From a virus, in the IMG/VR virus record IMGVR_UViG_3300032770_000005, positions 1 to 64,000 of that record: a DNA stretch of 64,000 nt, one strand, 5' to 3'. The translations under genes were made by a program, and so were the position numbers. Of the stretch, positions 1-10,550 are shown piece after piece. The notes below the pieces were generated by a model. The model had not been told where the DNA came from. It ran no database searches and saw only the letters and a list, made by a program, of their open reading frames with translations. Numbering within the stretch: position 1 is the stretch's first letter; every line of letters begins with the position of its first letter.

Positions 1-324
1 ACGGCCGGCGATCGGGGCACGGCCACGGCCGGCTACGCGGGCACGGCCACGGCCGGCGATCGGGGCACGGCCACGGCCGGCTACGCGGGCACGGCCACGG
101 CCGGCTACGCGGGCACGGCCACGGCCGGCTGCGCGGGCACGGCCACGGCCGGCGACTGGGGCACGGCCACGGCCGGCGACTGGGGCACGGCCACGGCCGG
201 CGACGCGGGCACGGCCACGGCCGGCGACTGGGGCACGGCCACGGCCGGCGATCGGGGCACGGCCACGGCCGGCTACGCGGGCACGGCCACGGCCGGCTGC
301 GCGGGCACGGCCACGGCCGGCGAG
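1..324 (+). repeat. 24-bp coding tandem repeat, about 13 units
   Basis: Unit ACGGCCGGC-NNNNNN-GGCACGGCC; only two codons vary between units. Confidence 0.95.
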
Positions 325-474
325 GGTGGCACACTGTCCGTGCGCTGGTGGGACGGCGACGCCTCGCGCTACCGCATCGCGAGCGCGGACGTCGGCGAGC
401 GCGAGGAGTGCAAGCCCGGCGTCGCGTACGTCGTGCGTGGCGGCAAGCTCGTGCGGAAGGACGGCCAACCGTGA
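1..474 (+). CDS. 5'-truncated phage protein with octapeptide repeats (TAG-[D/Y/C]-x-GTA)
   Basis: Frame 1 is open from base 1 to TGA at 472-474: TAGDRGTATAGYAGTA... then GGTLSVRWWDGDASRYRIASADVGEREECKPGVAYVVRGGKLV. Not in the ORF track because the start lies outside the window. Confidence 0.8.
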   Translation, partial: TAGDRGTATAGYAGTATAGDRGTATAGYAGTATAGYAGTATAGCAGTATAGDWGTATAGDWGTATAGDAGTATAGDWGTATAGDRGTATAGYAGTATAGCAGTATAGEGGTLSVRWWDGDASRYRIASADVGEREECKPGVAYVVRGGKLVRKDGQP

Positions 475-629
475 CGCTGAAGGACCCGCGCACGACGCTG
501 GTCGCGGATCTCGCGGTCGACGCGATCGCGATCGACGATCTGCTCGACACCTACCGCAGCGCCGCGCGCGACGCGGGCCGACATCGTGACCGACCTCGAA
601 GGGGACTCAACGGTCTGGATCGTCCGTGA
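471..629 (+). CDS. small hypothetical protein
   Basis: GTG start overlaps the upstream stop (GTGA); codon usage matches neighbours. Confidence 0.5.
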   Translation: MTLKDPRTTLVADLAVDAIAIDDLLDTYRSAARDAGRHRDRPRRGLNGLDRP

Positions 630-685
630 AGAGATCGTCAAGTCATTCGCCTTCAAGGCGCAGCACCACGACGAAGGAGTCGACG

Positions 686-1012
686 ATGTTCGACGATGAC
701 GAGATCGAAGGTTGCGAGAACGAGGACGGCGACTGGGAGTCGTTGGGGCTCACGCCACTGGAGCGCGCGATCGAGCAGGAGCGCGAGATGCTCCGTACGA
801 TCCGCGATCAAGATCGCGAGATCCGCAAGCTGCGCAAGGAGCTTGCGAAGACGCTGACGCAGGCGGTGGCTGCGACGGAGCGCTCGTCGGCGATGCTGCT
901 GCACGCGGCGCTTGCCGGCGCGTTCACAAAGGAGTCCGTAGCTGCAATGCCCGAGGATCGTCCCGCCACCATGGGAGCGGCGCTCGCGGCCGCCGCGGCG
1001 CGCCGACGATGA
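686..1012 (+). CDS. hypothetical coiled-coil protein
   Basis: AAGGAG RBS then ATG 686; ATGA coupling to the next gene. Confidence 0.75.
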   Translation: MFDDDEIEGCENEDGDWESLGLTPLERAIEQEREMLRTIRDQDREIRKLRKELAKTLTQAVAATERSSAMLLHAALAGAFTKESVAAMPEDRPATMGAALAAAAARRR

Positions 1013-1434
1013 CCACGAAGCCGCGACGGCTCTCCGAGAAGACGGTGATCCGCATCCTCGCGGAGTACAACCTGCCACGACGCGTGCGCGATCACCTCGC
1101 CACGCTCGGCGATCTCGTGTGGACGAACCAACATCTCGACCGCACCGACGTGTTCTGGTGTTCCGCTTCCTATCGCGGCCTGGTCGTGCTCACGACGTGC
1201 GGGCCGCTCGGTGTCACCGTGTACGAAGACTGGATCGCGTGCGTCTTCGACGATGCCGACCTCGGGCACGCCGCCGTCGACGCCTCGATGCCGAGCGGCA
1301 AGTGGAACCATCACGCATTCGTCGGCTACTGCCATCGGCCCACCTCGCGCGACGAGATCATCCAGAAGCTCGACACCATGCTCGCGAACTTCAAGAGGCG
1401 CCTCGGGTGGATCACCGACCGGAGCGCCACGTGA
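1009..1434 (+). CDS. hypothetical protein
   Basis: ATGA and GTGA coupling at both ends. Confidence 0.7.
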   Translation: MTTKPRRLSEKTVIRILAEYNLPRRVRDHLATLGDLVWTNQHLDRTDVFWCSASYRGLVVLTTCGPLGVTVYEDWIACVFDDADLGHAAVDASMPSGKWNHHAFVGYCHRPTSRDEIIQKLDTMLANFKRRLGWITDRSAT

Positions 1435-1676
1435 AGCCGCCGCGAAGCCCTACGACACCGTCATCGTCGCCCGCCCTCGACTTCGCTCGCGGCGCGCTGA
1501 CTGGCTTGCGCGCCCGGTACGGCAGCTGGCCGAAGGTCCGCGAGGCCGTCCGGCGTCTGGCGGCCGATCCCCACAGCCCGCTCCAGGGCCCCGACGTGTT
1601 CCTCCGCGACCTCGGGGCTTCGATCGGCTGGGAGAAGGTGCTGCGGCTGATCGCCGAGCTGGAGCAAGCGTCATGA
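1431..1676 (+). CDS. hypothetical protein
   Basis: Coupled start and stop within the operon. Confidence 0.6.
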   Translation: MKPPRSPTTPSSSPALDFARGALTGLRARYGSWPKVREAVRRLAADPHSPLQGPDVFLRDLGASIGWEKVLRLIAELEQAS

Positions 1677-2140
1677 AGCGGCACGCGGCGATCATGGAGG
1701 CGCGCGACTTCCGGCACGCGCTGGGACTCCGCGGCTACAGCCTCAAGAACAGCCAGGACGGTGCGCACGAGCTGTACCACGCACTCACGTGCGGCCTTCC
1801 GCTGCACGGCGGTACGTGGTTCGAGCGCGAGTGCCTCAACTACGCAATCGAGCGCCGCTTCCCTGGCATCGAGCGCTGGTGGAACGAGGTGGAGGCCCGC
1901 GTGGTCGAGCGCCTCGTCTGCACGCGACTCGGAGCCGAGGACGAACTGCTCGGCTTCGACGAAGCGCTGTACCTCTCGCTCGACGAGGCGAAGCACTTCG
2001 GCGTTCCCTACGCCAGCTTCGCCAGCACACGCCGATACGCGATCACCTTCGGGACGTCCAAGCGCGCCCGCGCGGCGGTCGATCTCTTGCTCGCGTACGC
2101 AAAGCGCGAAGCGTCCATCGGAGCCTCGGACTGGACATGA
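1673..2140 (+). CDS. hypothetical protein
   Basis: ATGA coupling; contains AHELYH (HExxH-like). Confidence 0.7.
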   Translation: MKRHAAIMEARDFRHALGLRGYSLKNSQDGAHELYHALTCGLPLHGGTWFERECLNYAIERRFPGIERWWNEVEARVVERLVCTRLGAEDELLGFDEALYLSLDEAKHFGVPYASFASTRRYAITFGTSKRARAAVDLLLAYAKREASIGASDWT

Positions 2141-2424
2141 AGCGCAAGCCGAACATGCACGAGCGTCGCGCGCTGATGTATCTGCGTCGCGGCAACATGA
2201 TCGGCGGCCGGACCGTCGAGGCGCTGGTGCGCGAGGCGGCGGACGCCATCGATCCCGAGGTCACCCACGGCATTCGCGGCCTCGGCGTCGCGCTGCCGGC
2301 GATGGCCTCGGCCCTCAGGCTTCTCTCGGAAGCGTACGCCGAGGCGGCCTCCGCGCTGGCCGTGCAGCAAGAGCGAGATGCGGCGCGAGCGCGAGCCAAG
2401 AACAGGAGCAGGAGCGAGCGATGA
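2137..2424 (+). CDS. hypothetical protein
   Basis: ATGA coupling. Confidence 0.65.
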   Translation: MKRKPNMHERRALMYLRRGNMIGGRTVEALVREAADAIDPEVTHGIRGLGVALPAMASALRLLSEAYAEAASALAVQQERDAARARAKNRSRSER

Positions 2425-2633
2425 TCCACTACAGCGGCGATCGGATTCGTGTCACGCGCGGCACGCATGCAGGGGAGCGCGGCGTCATCGTCAGCGCCAA
2501 CCAGCGCAAGGTGCGCATCCTGCTCTTCAACGGCGAGCGCATCACGCTCACCAAGCTCCGCAGCGCGGGGCGCGACTCGTTCGTGAACATCTCCGGCGAG
2601 CGCGAGGCGCAGAACGCGCGAGGTGGACGGTGA
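2421..2633 (+). CDS. small KOW/SH3-like protein
   Basis: GDRIRVTRGTHAGERGVIV matches the KOW motif pattern. Confidence 0.65.
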   Translation: MIHYSGDRIRVTRGTHAGERGVIVSANQRKVRILLFNGERITLTKLRSAGRDSFVNISGEREAQNARGGR

Positions 2634-3817
2634 GCCCGACCAGCAAGACCGCGCCCAGCGAGGCCGCGCCGGCGCTCATCGCCGTGCAGCTCTGCATCGA
2701 GGCCCACATCCCCGTCATGCTCCGCGGAGGCTCGGGCTCGACGAAGAGCGCGACCGTCAAGGCGCTCGCTCGGGCGCTCGACCGGAAGCTCTGGACGATC
2801 TGCCTCTCGACCCGTGAGCCGCACGACCAGGGCGGCCTGCCTGCCGTCGTGACCAACCAGCTCGGCGAGAAGCGCCAGCAGCATCTACCGCCGCAGTGGG
2901 CGAGCGAGCTGTGCGAGGCCGGCGGCGGCATCGTGTTCTTCGACGAGATCACCGCGGCCTCCGCGCAGGTCATGAACAGCGCCCTGCGCGTGATTCAGGA
3001 CGGCATGGTCGGCGACAGCACTGCGCTCCCAGCAGCGACGTCGTTCGTGCTCGCGGGCAACACGCCTCAGACGAACGTGGGCACGATCGATCTGACGGCC
3101 GGCGTCGCCAATCGTAGCTGTCACGTGCGCTGGATGCCGCCGTACGCCAGCTGGCGGCGCGGCATGCTGACGGGCTTCGCTCCGCTCTCCATCACCCCAC
3201 TGCCGGCCACGTGGAAGGACGGCGTCCAGGCCATGCGCGAGCTGGTCATCGACTTCCTCGACGCCGAGCCGACCATGGCCTACGCGGAGCCCGAGGACCC
3301 CCAAGAACAGGGCCGCGCCTGGCCCTCGTATCGCACGTGGGAGCTGACGGCGACCGCGCTCGCGGCAGCGAAGGCAGCTGGGCACCAACCGACGGGCGTC
3401 GTGGCCCGGCTCTTGGTGGGAGGGCTCGTCGGCGAGGCCGCGCAGCGTGCCTTTGCGTCGTGGCTCACGAGGCCCGCGTTGCCGTCGCTCAGCTCGCTGT
3501 TCGCCGCGCCCCAAACGGTCGCGCTGCCGATGAAGCAGGACGAGCTGATCGCAACGCTGGCGATGGTCGCGGACGGCTGGCGCCCTCCGGAGGGCCAGCT
3601 CGGCGCCGTCGAGCAGCGCTACCAAGCGGCCTGGACGATCGTCGGCCGCGTGCTCTCCAGCAACCAGCCCGGGCTCGGCATCGCGGCTGCTCGCGCGCTC
3701 ATGGCCGAAGCGCCCGAAGCGCTCAACCGCAAGCCCGCCGGCGCCTACGCCGAGGGCCTCAAGCTCGCGGGCAAGCACCTCCGCCGCGCTGGCGTCGACC
3801 ACGGGCGCGCGCGATGA
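2630..3817 (+). CDS. MoxR-like AAA+ ATPase
   Basis: Degenerate Walker A (GGSGSTKS), Walker B (IVFFDEI), LAGN sensor, ANR arginine finger, WPSYRTWE. Confidence 0.85.
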   Translation: MSPTSKTAPSEAAPALIAVQLCIEAHIPVMLRGGSGSTKSATVKALARALDRKLWTICLSTREPHDQGGLPAVVTNQLGEKRQQHLPPQWASELCEAGGGIVFFDEITAASAQVMNSALRVIQDGMVGDSTALPAATSFVLAGNTPQTNVGTIDLTAGVANRSCHVRWMPPYASWRRGMLTGFAPLSITPLPATWKDGVQAMRELVIDFLDAEPTMAYAEPEDPQEQGRAWPSYRTWELTATALAAAKAAGHQPTGVVARLLVGGLVGEAAQRAFASWLTRPALPSLSSLFAAPQTVALPMKQDELIATLAMVADGWRPPEGQLGAVEQRYQAAWTIVGRVLSSNQPGLGIAAARALMAEAPEALNRKPAGAYAEGLKLAGKHLRRAGVDHGRAR

Positions 3818-3842
3818 CCTTCGTCGCGCTTGCGCTCCGCGT

Positions 3843-3869
3843 GCAACATACGCTACATACGCAACACAC
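3843..3869. promoter_or_regulatory. three tandem 9-bp operator-like units
   Basis: GCAACATAC GCTACATAC GCAACACAC in an intergenic gap; the same unit recurs at other promoter-like sites. Confidence 0.6.
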
Positions 3870-3899
3870 CGCGCACGGCGCGACACGAGAGGCCCGACG

Positions 3900-4193
3900 A
3901 TGACGATCAGGAGCGATGCGCGGCGCGAGTATGAAGTCACGCTCCGCGACGGAGAACTGCGGGCCATCGTGGCGGTCGAGGGGCGCTGGGTCGCGGGCTC
4001 GATCGCGTACGGACCGCCAGAGAGCCCCGACGCGTGGGTCATGAGGGCGTGGCAGAGCTACGACGACGGGCACGAGGACGGCGTGAGGCAGGAGCGCAAG
4101 CTCGACCCCGACGCGCTCGACGAAGATGACCGGGAGGCGCTGCTCGACGAGGCGCTCATGAGGGACGAGGCAGTGCTCGCCGGCGCTCGATAG
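3900..4193 (+). CDS. hypothetical protein
   Basis: GAGAGG RBS, acidic ORF. Confidence 0.65.
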   Translation: MTIRSDARREYEVTLRDGELRAIVAVEGRWVAGSIAYGPPESPDAWVMRAWQSYDDGHEDGVRQERKLDPDALDEDDREALLDEALMRDEAVLAGAR

Positions 4194-4203
4194 GGAGACA
4201 GCC

Positions 4204-4730
4204 ATGACCGAACACGCTCAGATGGTTCAAGACCAGCGCAAGAAGATTCGGAAGGCGCTGGCCAAGGCGCTCGCCGAAGAGCCGACCTTCAAGGTCGAAG
4301 GCGAGTACATCAACGACGAGGTGAGGTGCGCGTTCTGCGCGGCCTCATCGTACTTCATCAGTGGTCGTGGTGATCGCATCGAGGTAGCGCCGCGTCGCCA
4401 CGGCACGTTCCGCCGTCGCGCCTGGCGACTGATGCTGGGGACCCCCGACGGGCTCAAGGCGGCGCTCGCCACGATTCCCAAGGTCATCGAAGCCGTCAAG
4501 AAGGGGCTCGCGACAACCGAGGAGCTGAGGGCCGACGCTCGTGCTGTGGACGCGGCCAACGGGAGGGCGCGGGCCACGTTCGCCGCGTACGGCATCGACG
4601 TGGAGGGCCTCGCCGCTGATGGTCCGCAGGTCCGCATCTACGGTGGCAGGGCGCGCGTGTCCTTCAACGCGTCCTACGACGATCCGGAGCAAGCGGCGAG
4701 GGTCTACGTCGCGCTTCGGGAGGCGCTGCG

Positions 4731-4734
<4 letters not shown>
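4204..4734 (+). CDS. hypothetical protein
   Basis: GGGAG RBS and coupled stop. Confidence 0.7.
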
Positions 4735-5348
<614 letters not shown>

Positions 5349-5375
5349 CGACGCATCTCCGGCAGGACGAACGCG

Positions 5376-6611
5376 ATGTCTGAAGATCTGCTCGCCAAGT
5401 TCGAGGAGGCGCGATCGCGGCTCACGTTCGCACGACCGTACTTCACGGCCGCTGCGTACAAGCTGAAGCTGATCGTCACGCCCGAGGCTGCGAGCCTGCA
5501 CGTGGACACGTACGGCCGGCTGTACGCGGCGCCGGGCTGGCTCGCGCGGTACGACGTGGGCGTCGTCGCGACGGGCATCGCGCACGAGCTGCATCACATC
5601 CTGCGAGACCACGCGGGCCGCGGGAAGACCATCGGCGTAGTGCCGGCCACGCGGGCCGCATGGAACGAAGCATGCGACTGCGAGATCAACCCCGGCCTCA
5701 TGGACGACTGCGTCGGCCAGCAGCCCGTCCTGCCCGTGCTCCCGCCCGAGTGGTGTCTCCGGCCCGAGCAGTTCGGCATGGAGGTGGGGTCCGTCGCCGA
5801 GCGGTACTTCTCCGAGCGAGTGCGGCAGCGCGCGATGAGCATGGACCGTGGCGAAGAGCGCGGACGCACGGCGGACGGCTGCGGCTCCGGGGCCACCGGG
5901 GTCGAGGCGCCGTGGGAGGTCGCGCAGAGCGCGGCCGAGGGCCTTGATGACGCTCAGCTCTGGCAGCTGCGGCGCGACACTGCGCAGGCTGTGATCGAGC
6001 ACACTGCGCGAGGCTCTGTGCCCGGAAGCCTCGTCGACTGGGCAACGGACCTGCTGCGGCCGAAGCAAGTGCCGTGGGACCGGATGCTCGGATCGCTGAT
6101 GCGGCGTGGGGTCCAGCAGGGCGGCAGTGTGCTGCACTCTAGCTACTCGCGCCTCTCGCGGCGGCAAGACGTCTACGGCGAGCTGCTCATGCCGAGCTAC
6201 AGGCGGGTGTCGCCGACGATGGCGTTCGTCCGAGACACCTCGGAGAGCATGCAGCACGTCACCGCGCTCGTGCGTGGAGTGGTCGAGCAAGTCTGCGCCC
6301 ACACGGGCAGCGCGCTGACGCTCATCGACGTGGACGTGGAGGTTCAGGAGGTCCGGCAGGTCTCGTCTGGGCGCATCGCCGCTCACGGCGGCGGCGGGAC
6401 GGACATGCGCGTAGGCATCGAGCGAGCCTTCGCTCATCCTCGCCCGGTGGACGTCGCCATCGTGTGCACCGACTGCGACACGCCTTGGCCGGCGCGACGG
6501 CCTCGCGGTCACGTGATCGTAGCGGCTGTCGGAGCCGCGGATGCCTACCTCGACATGGTGCCGAGCTGGGCGCAGGTGGTGCGGGTCGAACAAGCAGGAG
6601 AAGCTCTGTGA
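5376..6611 (+). CDS. DUF2201-like metallopeptidase with C-terminal vWA domain (MoxR partner)
   Basis: HELHHIL (HExxH), WNEACDCEIN, MIDAS-like DTSESM, GGGGTDM, CTDCDTPWP. Confidence 0.85.
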   Translation: MSEDLLAKFEEARSRLTFARPYFTAAAYKLKLIVTPEAASLHVDTYGRLYAAPGWLARYDVGVVATGIAHELHHILRDHAGRGKTIGVVPATRAAWNEACDCEINPGLMDDCVGQQPVLPVLPPEWCLRPEQFGMEVGSVAERYFSERVRQRAMSMDRGEERGRTADGCGSGATGVEAPWEVAQSAAEGLDDAQLWQLRRDTAQAVIEHTARGSVPGSLVDWATDLLRPKQVPWDRMLGSLMRRGVQQGGSVLHSSYSRLSRRQDVYGELLMPSYRRVSPTMAFVRDTSESMQHVTALVRGVVEQVCAHTGSALTLIDVDVEVQEVRQVSSGRIAAHGGGGTDMRVGIERAFAHPRPVDVAIVCTDCDTPWPARRPRGHVIVAAVGAADAYLDMVPSWAQVVRVEQAGEAL

Positions 6612-7063
6612 AGAAGAAGAACGAGATGGCCGGTGATTCCTTCGACGAGATCCACGAGAAGCGGATGGCTGCGGCGCACCGCCTCTCCGGCGCCGAGTGC
6701 GAGGTCGACCGCCTCAAGAAGCGTCGGGAGGTCGCGGAAGCGGAGATGAAGCGGACGAACACGCTCGTGCGCGAACTGCGGGCTCAGATCCGCCATCTGA
6801 GCGCCTGCGCGCTGTCAGCGCCCCTCGACGAGCGAGAGGCCGCTCTCATGCTGCTGTCGTCGGCCGAGCGGCAGGAGCCCGAGCTGGCGCTGGAGATGCA
6901 CCGAGCGCAGACGGAGGGCGGAACGGCGGCGGCGCTGCTGCGCCGTGCCGAGGGCGAGCTGGAGGTCGCTGCGAAGCAGTACCGAGCGCTCCTGTCGCGG
7001 CCCGAAGACGACGCGGAAACCGACAGCGTGCAGGCCGAGGCGCAGGTCGAGGTGCAGTCGTGA
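6608..7063 (+). CDS. hypothetical coiled-coil protein
   Basis: AGGAG RBS and GTGA coupling. Confidence 0.65.
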   Translation: MKKKNEMAGDSFDEIHEKRMAAAHRLSGAECEVDRLKKRREVAEAEMKRTNTLVRELRAQIRHLSACALSAPLDEREAALMLLSSAERQEPELALEMHRAQTEGGTAAALLRRAEGELEVAAKQYRALLSRPEDDAETDSVQAEAQVEVQS

Positions 7064-7728
7064 AGAGCCTGGCCAAGAGCAAGATCTGCTGCGGCACGAC
7101 GCGCCACACGGTCGAGCTGTTCGCGGACGGTTCGCTGACGTGCGAGTGCGGCACGGCGGGGCTCGACCATGGCGCGGCGATCGCCGGCACGCTGGCGCTC
7201 GGTGGCGCTGGCGGCGTGCGCGGCTGCGCGGGGCTCGCGGCACTCGTGCACGGTGCGCCCGCGCTCGCGCGAGAGGTCTGCGGAGCGAAGGAGCCGGCGT
7301 ACGGCAGCTGGCGTCCGCTCGTCGAGGCGTACCGGACCAACCCGGTGTTCGTGGCAGCGATCGCGCTCGCCGCCGCTGCGCGCGAGCCGGTCCACGAGCG
7401 CATCCGGGACGCGACGCGGCAGGTGAGCTTCGGGCACGGGCTCAGCCAGCGCGCGTTCGAGCGACGGCACCTCCGCTTCATGTGGGACGTCACGCCGAGC
7501 GAGCTGAATCGCTTCGTCGTCGCCTCGTTCGCCGACGATCGCTGGGACATCCCGTACACGCCCGACTGGCTCAGCTCGGTGACCGAGCCGGTCGTGGACG
7601 GCCGGTTCGTCTGCGGGCGCGGCGAGGACGGCACGCTCTTCGTCATCACCCAGCATCCCGACGGCGAGGCCTGGTGGGTCATGCCGCATCGGCTCGTCGA
7701 CGGGCGGCTGGTGGAGGCGGCTGCATGA
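7060..7728 (+). CDS. hypothetical protein
   Basis: Coupled at both ends. Confidence 0.65.
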   Translation: MKSLAKSKICCGTTRHTVELFADGSLTCECGTAGLDHGAAIAGTLALGGAGGVRGCAGLAALVHGAPALAREVCGAKEPAYGSWRPLVEAYRTNPVFVAAIALAAAAREPVHERIRDATRQVSFGHGLSQRAFERRHLRFMWDVTPSELNRFVVASFADDRWDIPYTPDWLSSVTEPVVDGRFVCGRGEDGTLFVITQHPDGEAWWVMPHRLVDGRLVEAAA

Positions 7729-8150
7729 TCCCCGTCGAACGCCTGGACGCTCTCGATGTTGCTATCAAGCGCGATGAGGTGCTGCGGGGCGCATGGGCTC
7801 GCAAGCGCAACGGGCGCCAGCTGGCGTGCCTGCTCGGGCACATCTCGCCTGAGGCTGCCGCAGCGAAGGATGCGAGCGCATGCCCGGCCGAGACGCTCGA
7901 CCCGTGGTTGGCGCACCTGCTGCCGTACATCGACGACGCATGCTCACGCCGTCGTCGCTACGAGTTCCTGCGACGCACAGCGGCGGTGCTGCGGCGCTGG
8001 CACCAGCTGCCTGCCGGAGTGCGCCGGCGACTCGACTACGAGTGCCGCGCGATTGCGGTACGTGAGTCGCGGCTAGTTTCCGCTGCCGACCGGGTCATCA
8101 ACCAGATGCTCACCGCCATGGAGCGCGAATGCGCGAAGGTGACGACATGA
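7725..8150 (+). CDS. 'MIPxERLDALD' family paralog 1 (variable core deleted)
   Basis: Shares the conserved N-terminal block and the DRxIxQMLTAMERECAKV end with six other copies. Confidence 0.8.
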   Translation: MIPVERLDALDVAIKRDEVLRGAWARKRNGRQLACLLGHISPEAAAAKDASACPAETLDPWLAHLLPYIDDACSRRRRYEFLRRTAAVLRRWHQLPAGVRRRLDYECRAIAVRESRLVSAADRVINQMLTAMERECAKVTT

Positions 8151-8788
8151 TCCCGGTCGAACGCCTCGATGCTCTGGACCGTGCGATCGAGCACGGGCAG
8201 GTTCTGCGCCACGAGTGGGCCCTGCTCGGGCACATCTCGCCGGAGGCTGCCGCAGCGAAGGATCCGTTCGCGTGCCCAGCCGAGACGCTCGATGCGTGGT
8301 TCGCGCAGCTGCTGCTGTTCATCGACGACAGATGCTCGCTCGAACGTCGCTACGAGTTCCTGCGCCGTGTGGCGGTCGTGCTGCGCCAATGGGACAGCCT
8401 CCCGTCGGAGGTCAGGTCGCGTCTCGACTACGAGTGCCGCGCGATTGCGGTACGTGAGGCTAGACAGCACATCCCAGCGAGCGAGGAGCCGTCGCTCGCG
8501 GCGCTCGACGTCGTGCTCGCGCTACTCGATCGGGCGAGCACGAGCGGTGAAATCAGCGAGCAGGAGTGGTTGGCGGCGGGACGGGCGGCGTGGTGGCCAT
8601 GGTTGGCGGCCTCGTTCGCGAAGGAGTGGGCGGCGGTGGGGGCGACGACGTGGGCGGCGCGGGCAACGGGGCGAGCGGCGGCGGCGGCACGAGCATCCGA
8701 GGAGGCCGCAGCGTCCGCCGATCGCATGATCGACGCGATGCTCACCGCCATGGAGCGCGAGTGCGCGAAGGTGGCAGCCGGCCGATAG
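8147..8788 (+). CDS. 'MIPxERLDALD' family paralog 2
   Basis: Same conserved blocks with an Ala/Trp-rich core. Confidence 0.8.
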   Translation: MIPVERLDALDRAIEHGQVLRHEWALLGHISPEAAAAKDPFACPAETLDAWFAQLLLFIDDRCSLERRYEFLRRVAVVLRQWDSLPSEVRSRLDYECRAIAVREARQHIPASEEPSLAALDVVLALLDRASTSGEISEQEWLAAGRAAWWPWLAASFAKEWAAVGATTWAARATGRAAAAARASEEAAASADRMIDAMLTAMERECAKVAAGR

Positions 8789-8789
8789 C

Positions 8790-10550
8790 ATGGGCACGCG
8801 AGCGTACAAGTACGTCATCCGGGCTCCGGTCTCGAACCGAGAGCTGATCGTCGAGCAGATGAAGGCGGCCCACCACTACCGCAACAAGCTCGTCGAGATC
8901 GAACGCATGCGCCGTCAGGCGCAGAGGGCGCTGCTGTCGTCGGCCACGCCGGTCGCCGAGGCCGAAGCCTCGCTCGCTTCGATCCTCCACGACCTCGAAG
9001 AGGCCGTGAAGGAGATCAAGGCCTACAAGCAGAACAAGCGCGCCGGCAAGGTTCCCGAGGAACTGCGCACGAAGGTCAGCATGCTGCGCGTGCGTCGGAG
9101 GGACGCGCTCGTCGCTCATCGACAGGCGCGGCTCGCCAGCAAGGAGACGCAGAAGACGGAGGCCATGACGGTCGACGCGCTCGCGGCCGACCAGCGCAAG
9201 GCGGCGCGGGCCTCGTGCGGCGTCTACTGGGGCACGTACCTGCTGGTCGAGAGCGCCGACCAGCAAGCGCGCAAGGACACGCCCCTCTACGACGGCGGCG
9301 AGCCGAGCGATCCTCGGTTCACCCCCTGGACGGGCGAAGGTCAGATCGGCGTCCAGCTCCAGCACGGCATGAGCGTCGGCGAGCTGTACGAGCCCAACAC
9401 GCTCGTTCAGCTCATCCCGCACGAACGCATCACGGTGAAGGGCCCGGCCACGAGCAAGCGTGCCGCCCGTCGCCAGTACTGCCATCTGCGGATGCGCATC
9501 CAGAGCAACGAGGCGCGCGATCCGATCTGGGCCGAGTGGCCCATGGTCATGCACCGACCGCTGCCGCCCGACGGCCGCGTCAAGCGGGTCATCGTTCAAC
9601 GGCGGCGTGTCGGCGCACACGAGGAGTGGAGCGTCGTCTTCTCCTGCGAGGCCGACTACCGCCGCATCGACAACGCCCGTGACGGCGTCGTGGGGCTCGA
9701 CATCGGGTGGCGCATGCGGCCCGATGGTCAGATCCGAGTCGGCGCCTGGGCCGGCTCCGACGGGCAGCGGGGCGAGGTCCTGCTCCCGCCGCGGCTGATC
9801 ACGGCGATGAGCAAGCCCGACGAGCTGCGCTCGGTCCGCGACAAGGCGTTCGACCGCGCCCGGGCTGAGCTGAAGCAGTGGATTCAGCAGGCCCCCTACG
9901 TCCCCACCTGGATGCGCGAGCGAGCGCAGTGGGTCGATCGCTGGAAGTCGCCGGGGCGTCTCGCCGGCATCGTCAGGACCTGGGCCGGGCTGCGCTTCGA
10001 GGGTGACCGGGAGATCTACGACCGCATGGAGGCCTGGCGCTACCACGACTTCCACCTCTGGAACTGGGAGTGTCATCAGCGCGAGACGTCAAAGCGGTGG
10101 CTGAAAGACTTCTATCGCGTGGTCGCCCGCGACCTCGCCCGCCGCTACGAGCGGCTCGTGATCGAAGAGTTCGACCTGCGACCCCTGGCGCGTAGGCCCA
10201 TGGTCGAGGACCACGACCCTACGCACCGGCTCACCAACGCCACGCGCCACCTCGTGGCGCCCTCGATGCTGCGCGAGTGCGCGATGCAGGCGTTCTCCAC
10301 CGTCGAGCAGGTCGACGCGACCAACACGACCCGCGCCTGCCGTCACTGCGGCACGATCAACTCCTGGAACGCCGCCGAGGAGGTCACCCACCAGTGCGTC
10401 TCGTGCGGCGCCGTCTGGGACCAGGACGACAACGCGGCAGACAACATCCGCATGCGCTCGGGCACGGGCAAGGTCGTCGGAGGAGAGAGGCCGACAGAGC
10501 GAGGAGGAAGCTGGGCACGGCGCAAGGCTGCTGCCAAGAACGCTGCTTGA
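8790..10550 (+). CDS. cas12m: Cas12m-like (type V-M/V-U1) effector A, 586 aa
   Basis: N-terminal QMKAAHHYRNKLVEIER and GVYWGTY...WTGEGQIGVQLQ blocks; MHRPLP; RuvC-I GLDIGWR, RuvC-II LVIEEFD, zinc finger CRHC..CVSC, RuvC-III WDQDDNAA; 36-nt repeats start at its stop codon. Confidence 0.75.
   Translation: MGTRAYKYVIRAPVSNRELIVEQMKAAHHYRNKLVEIERMRRQAQRALLSSATPVAEAEASLASILHDLEEAVKEIKAYKQNKRAGKVPEELRTKVSMLRVRRRDALVAHRQARLASKETQKTEAMTVDALAADQRKAARASCGVYWGTYLLVESADQQARKDTPLYDGGEPSDPRFTPWTGEGQIGVQLQHGMSVGELYEPNTLVQLIPHERITVKGPATSKRAARRQYCHLRMRIQSNEARDPIWAEWPMVMHRPLPPDGRVKRVIVQRRRVGAHEEWSVVFSCEADYRRIDNARDGVVGLDIGWRMRPDGQIRVGAWAGSDGQRGEVLLPPRLITAMSKPDELRSVRDKAFDRARAELKQWIQQAPYVPTWMRERAQWVDRWKSPGRLAGIVRTWAGLRFEGDREIYDRMEAWRYHDFHLWNWECHQRETSKRWLKDFYRVVARDLARRYERLVIEEFDLRPLARRPMVEDHDPTHRLTNATRHLVAPSMLRECAMQAFSTVEQVDATNTTRACRHCGTINSWNAAEEVTHQCVSCGAVWDQDDNAADNIRMRSGTGKVVGGERPTERGGSWARRKAAAKNAA

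Noticed and set aside
1-324. CRISPR array at the window start
   Set aside because: It is an in-frame 24-bp coding repeat with 6-nt variable parts, not spacers.
8790-10550. IS200/IS605 TnpB transposon
   Set aside because: No TnpA or IS ends were seen; the protein is much longer than typical TnpB, is embedded in an operon and is followed by CRISPR-like repeats.
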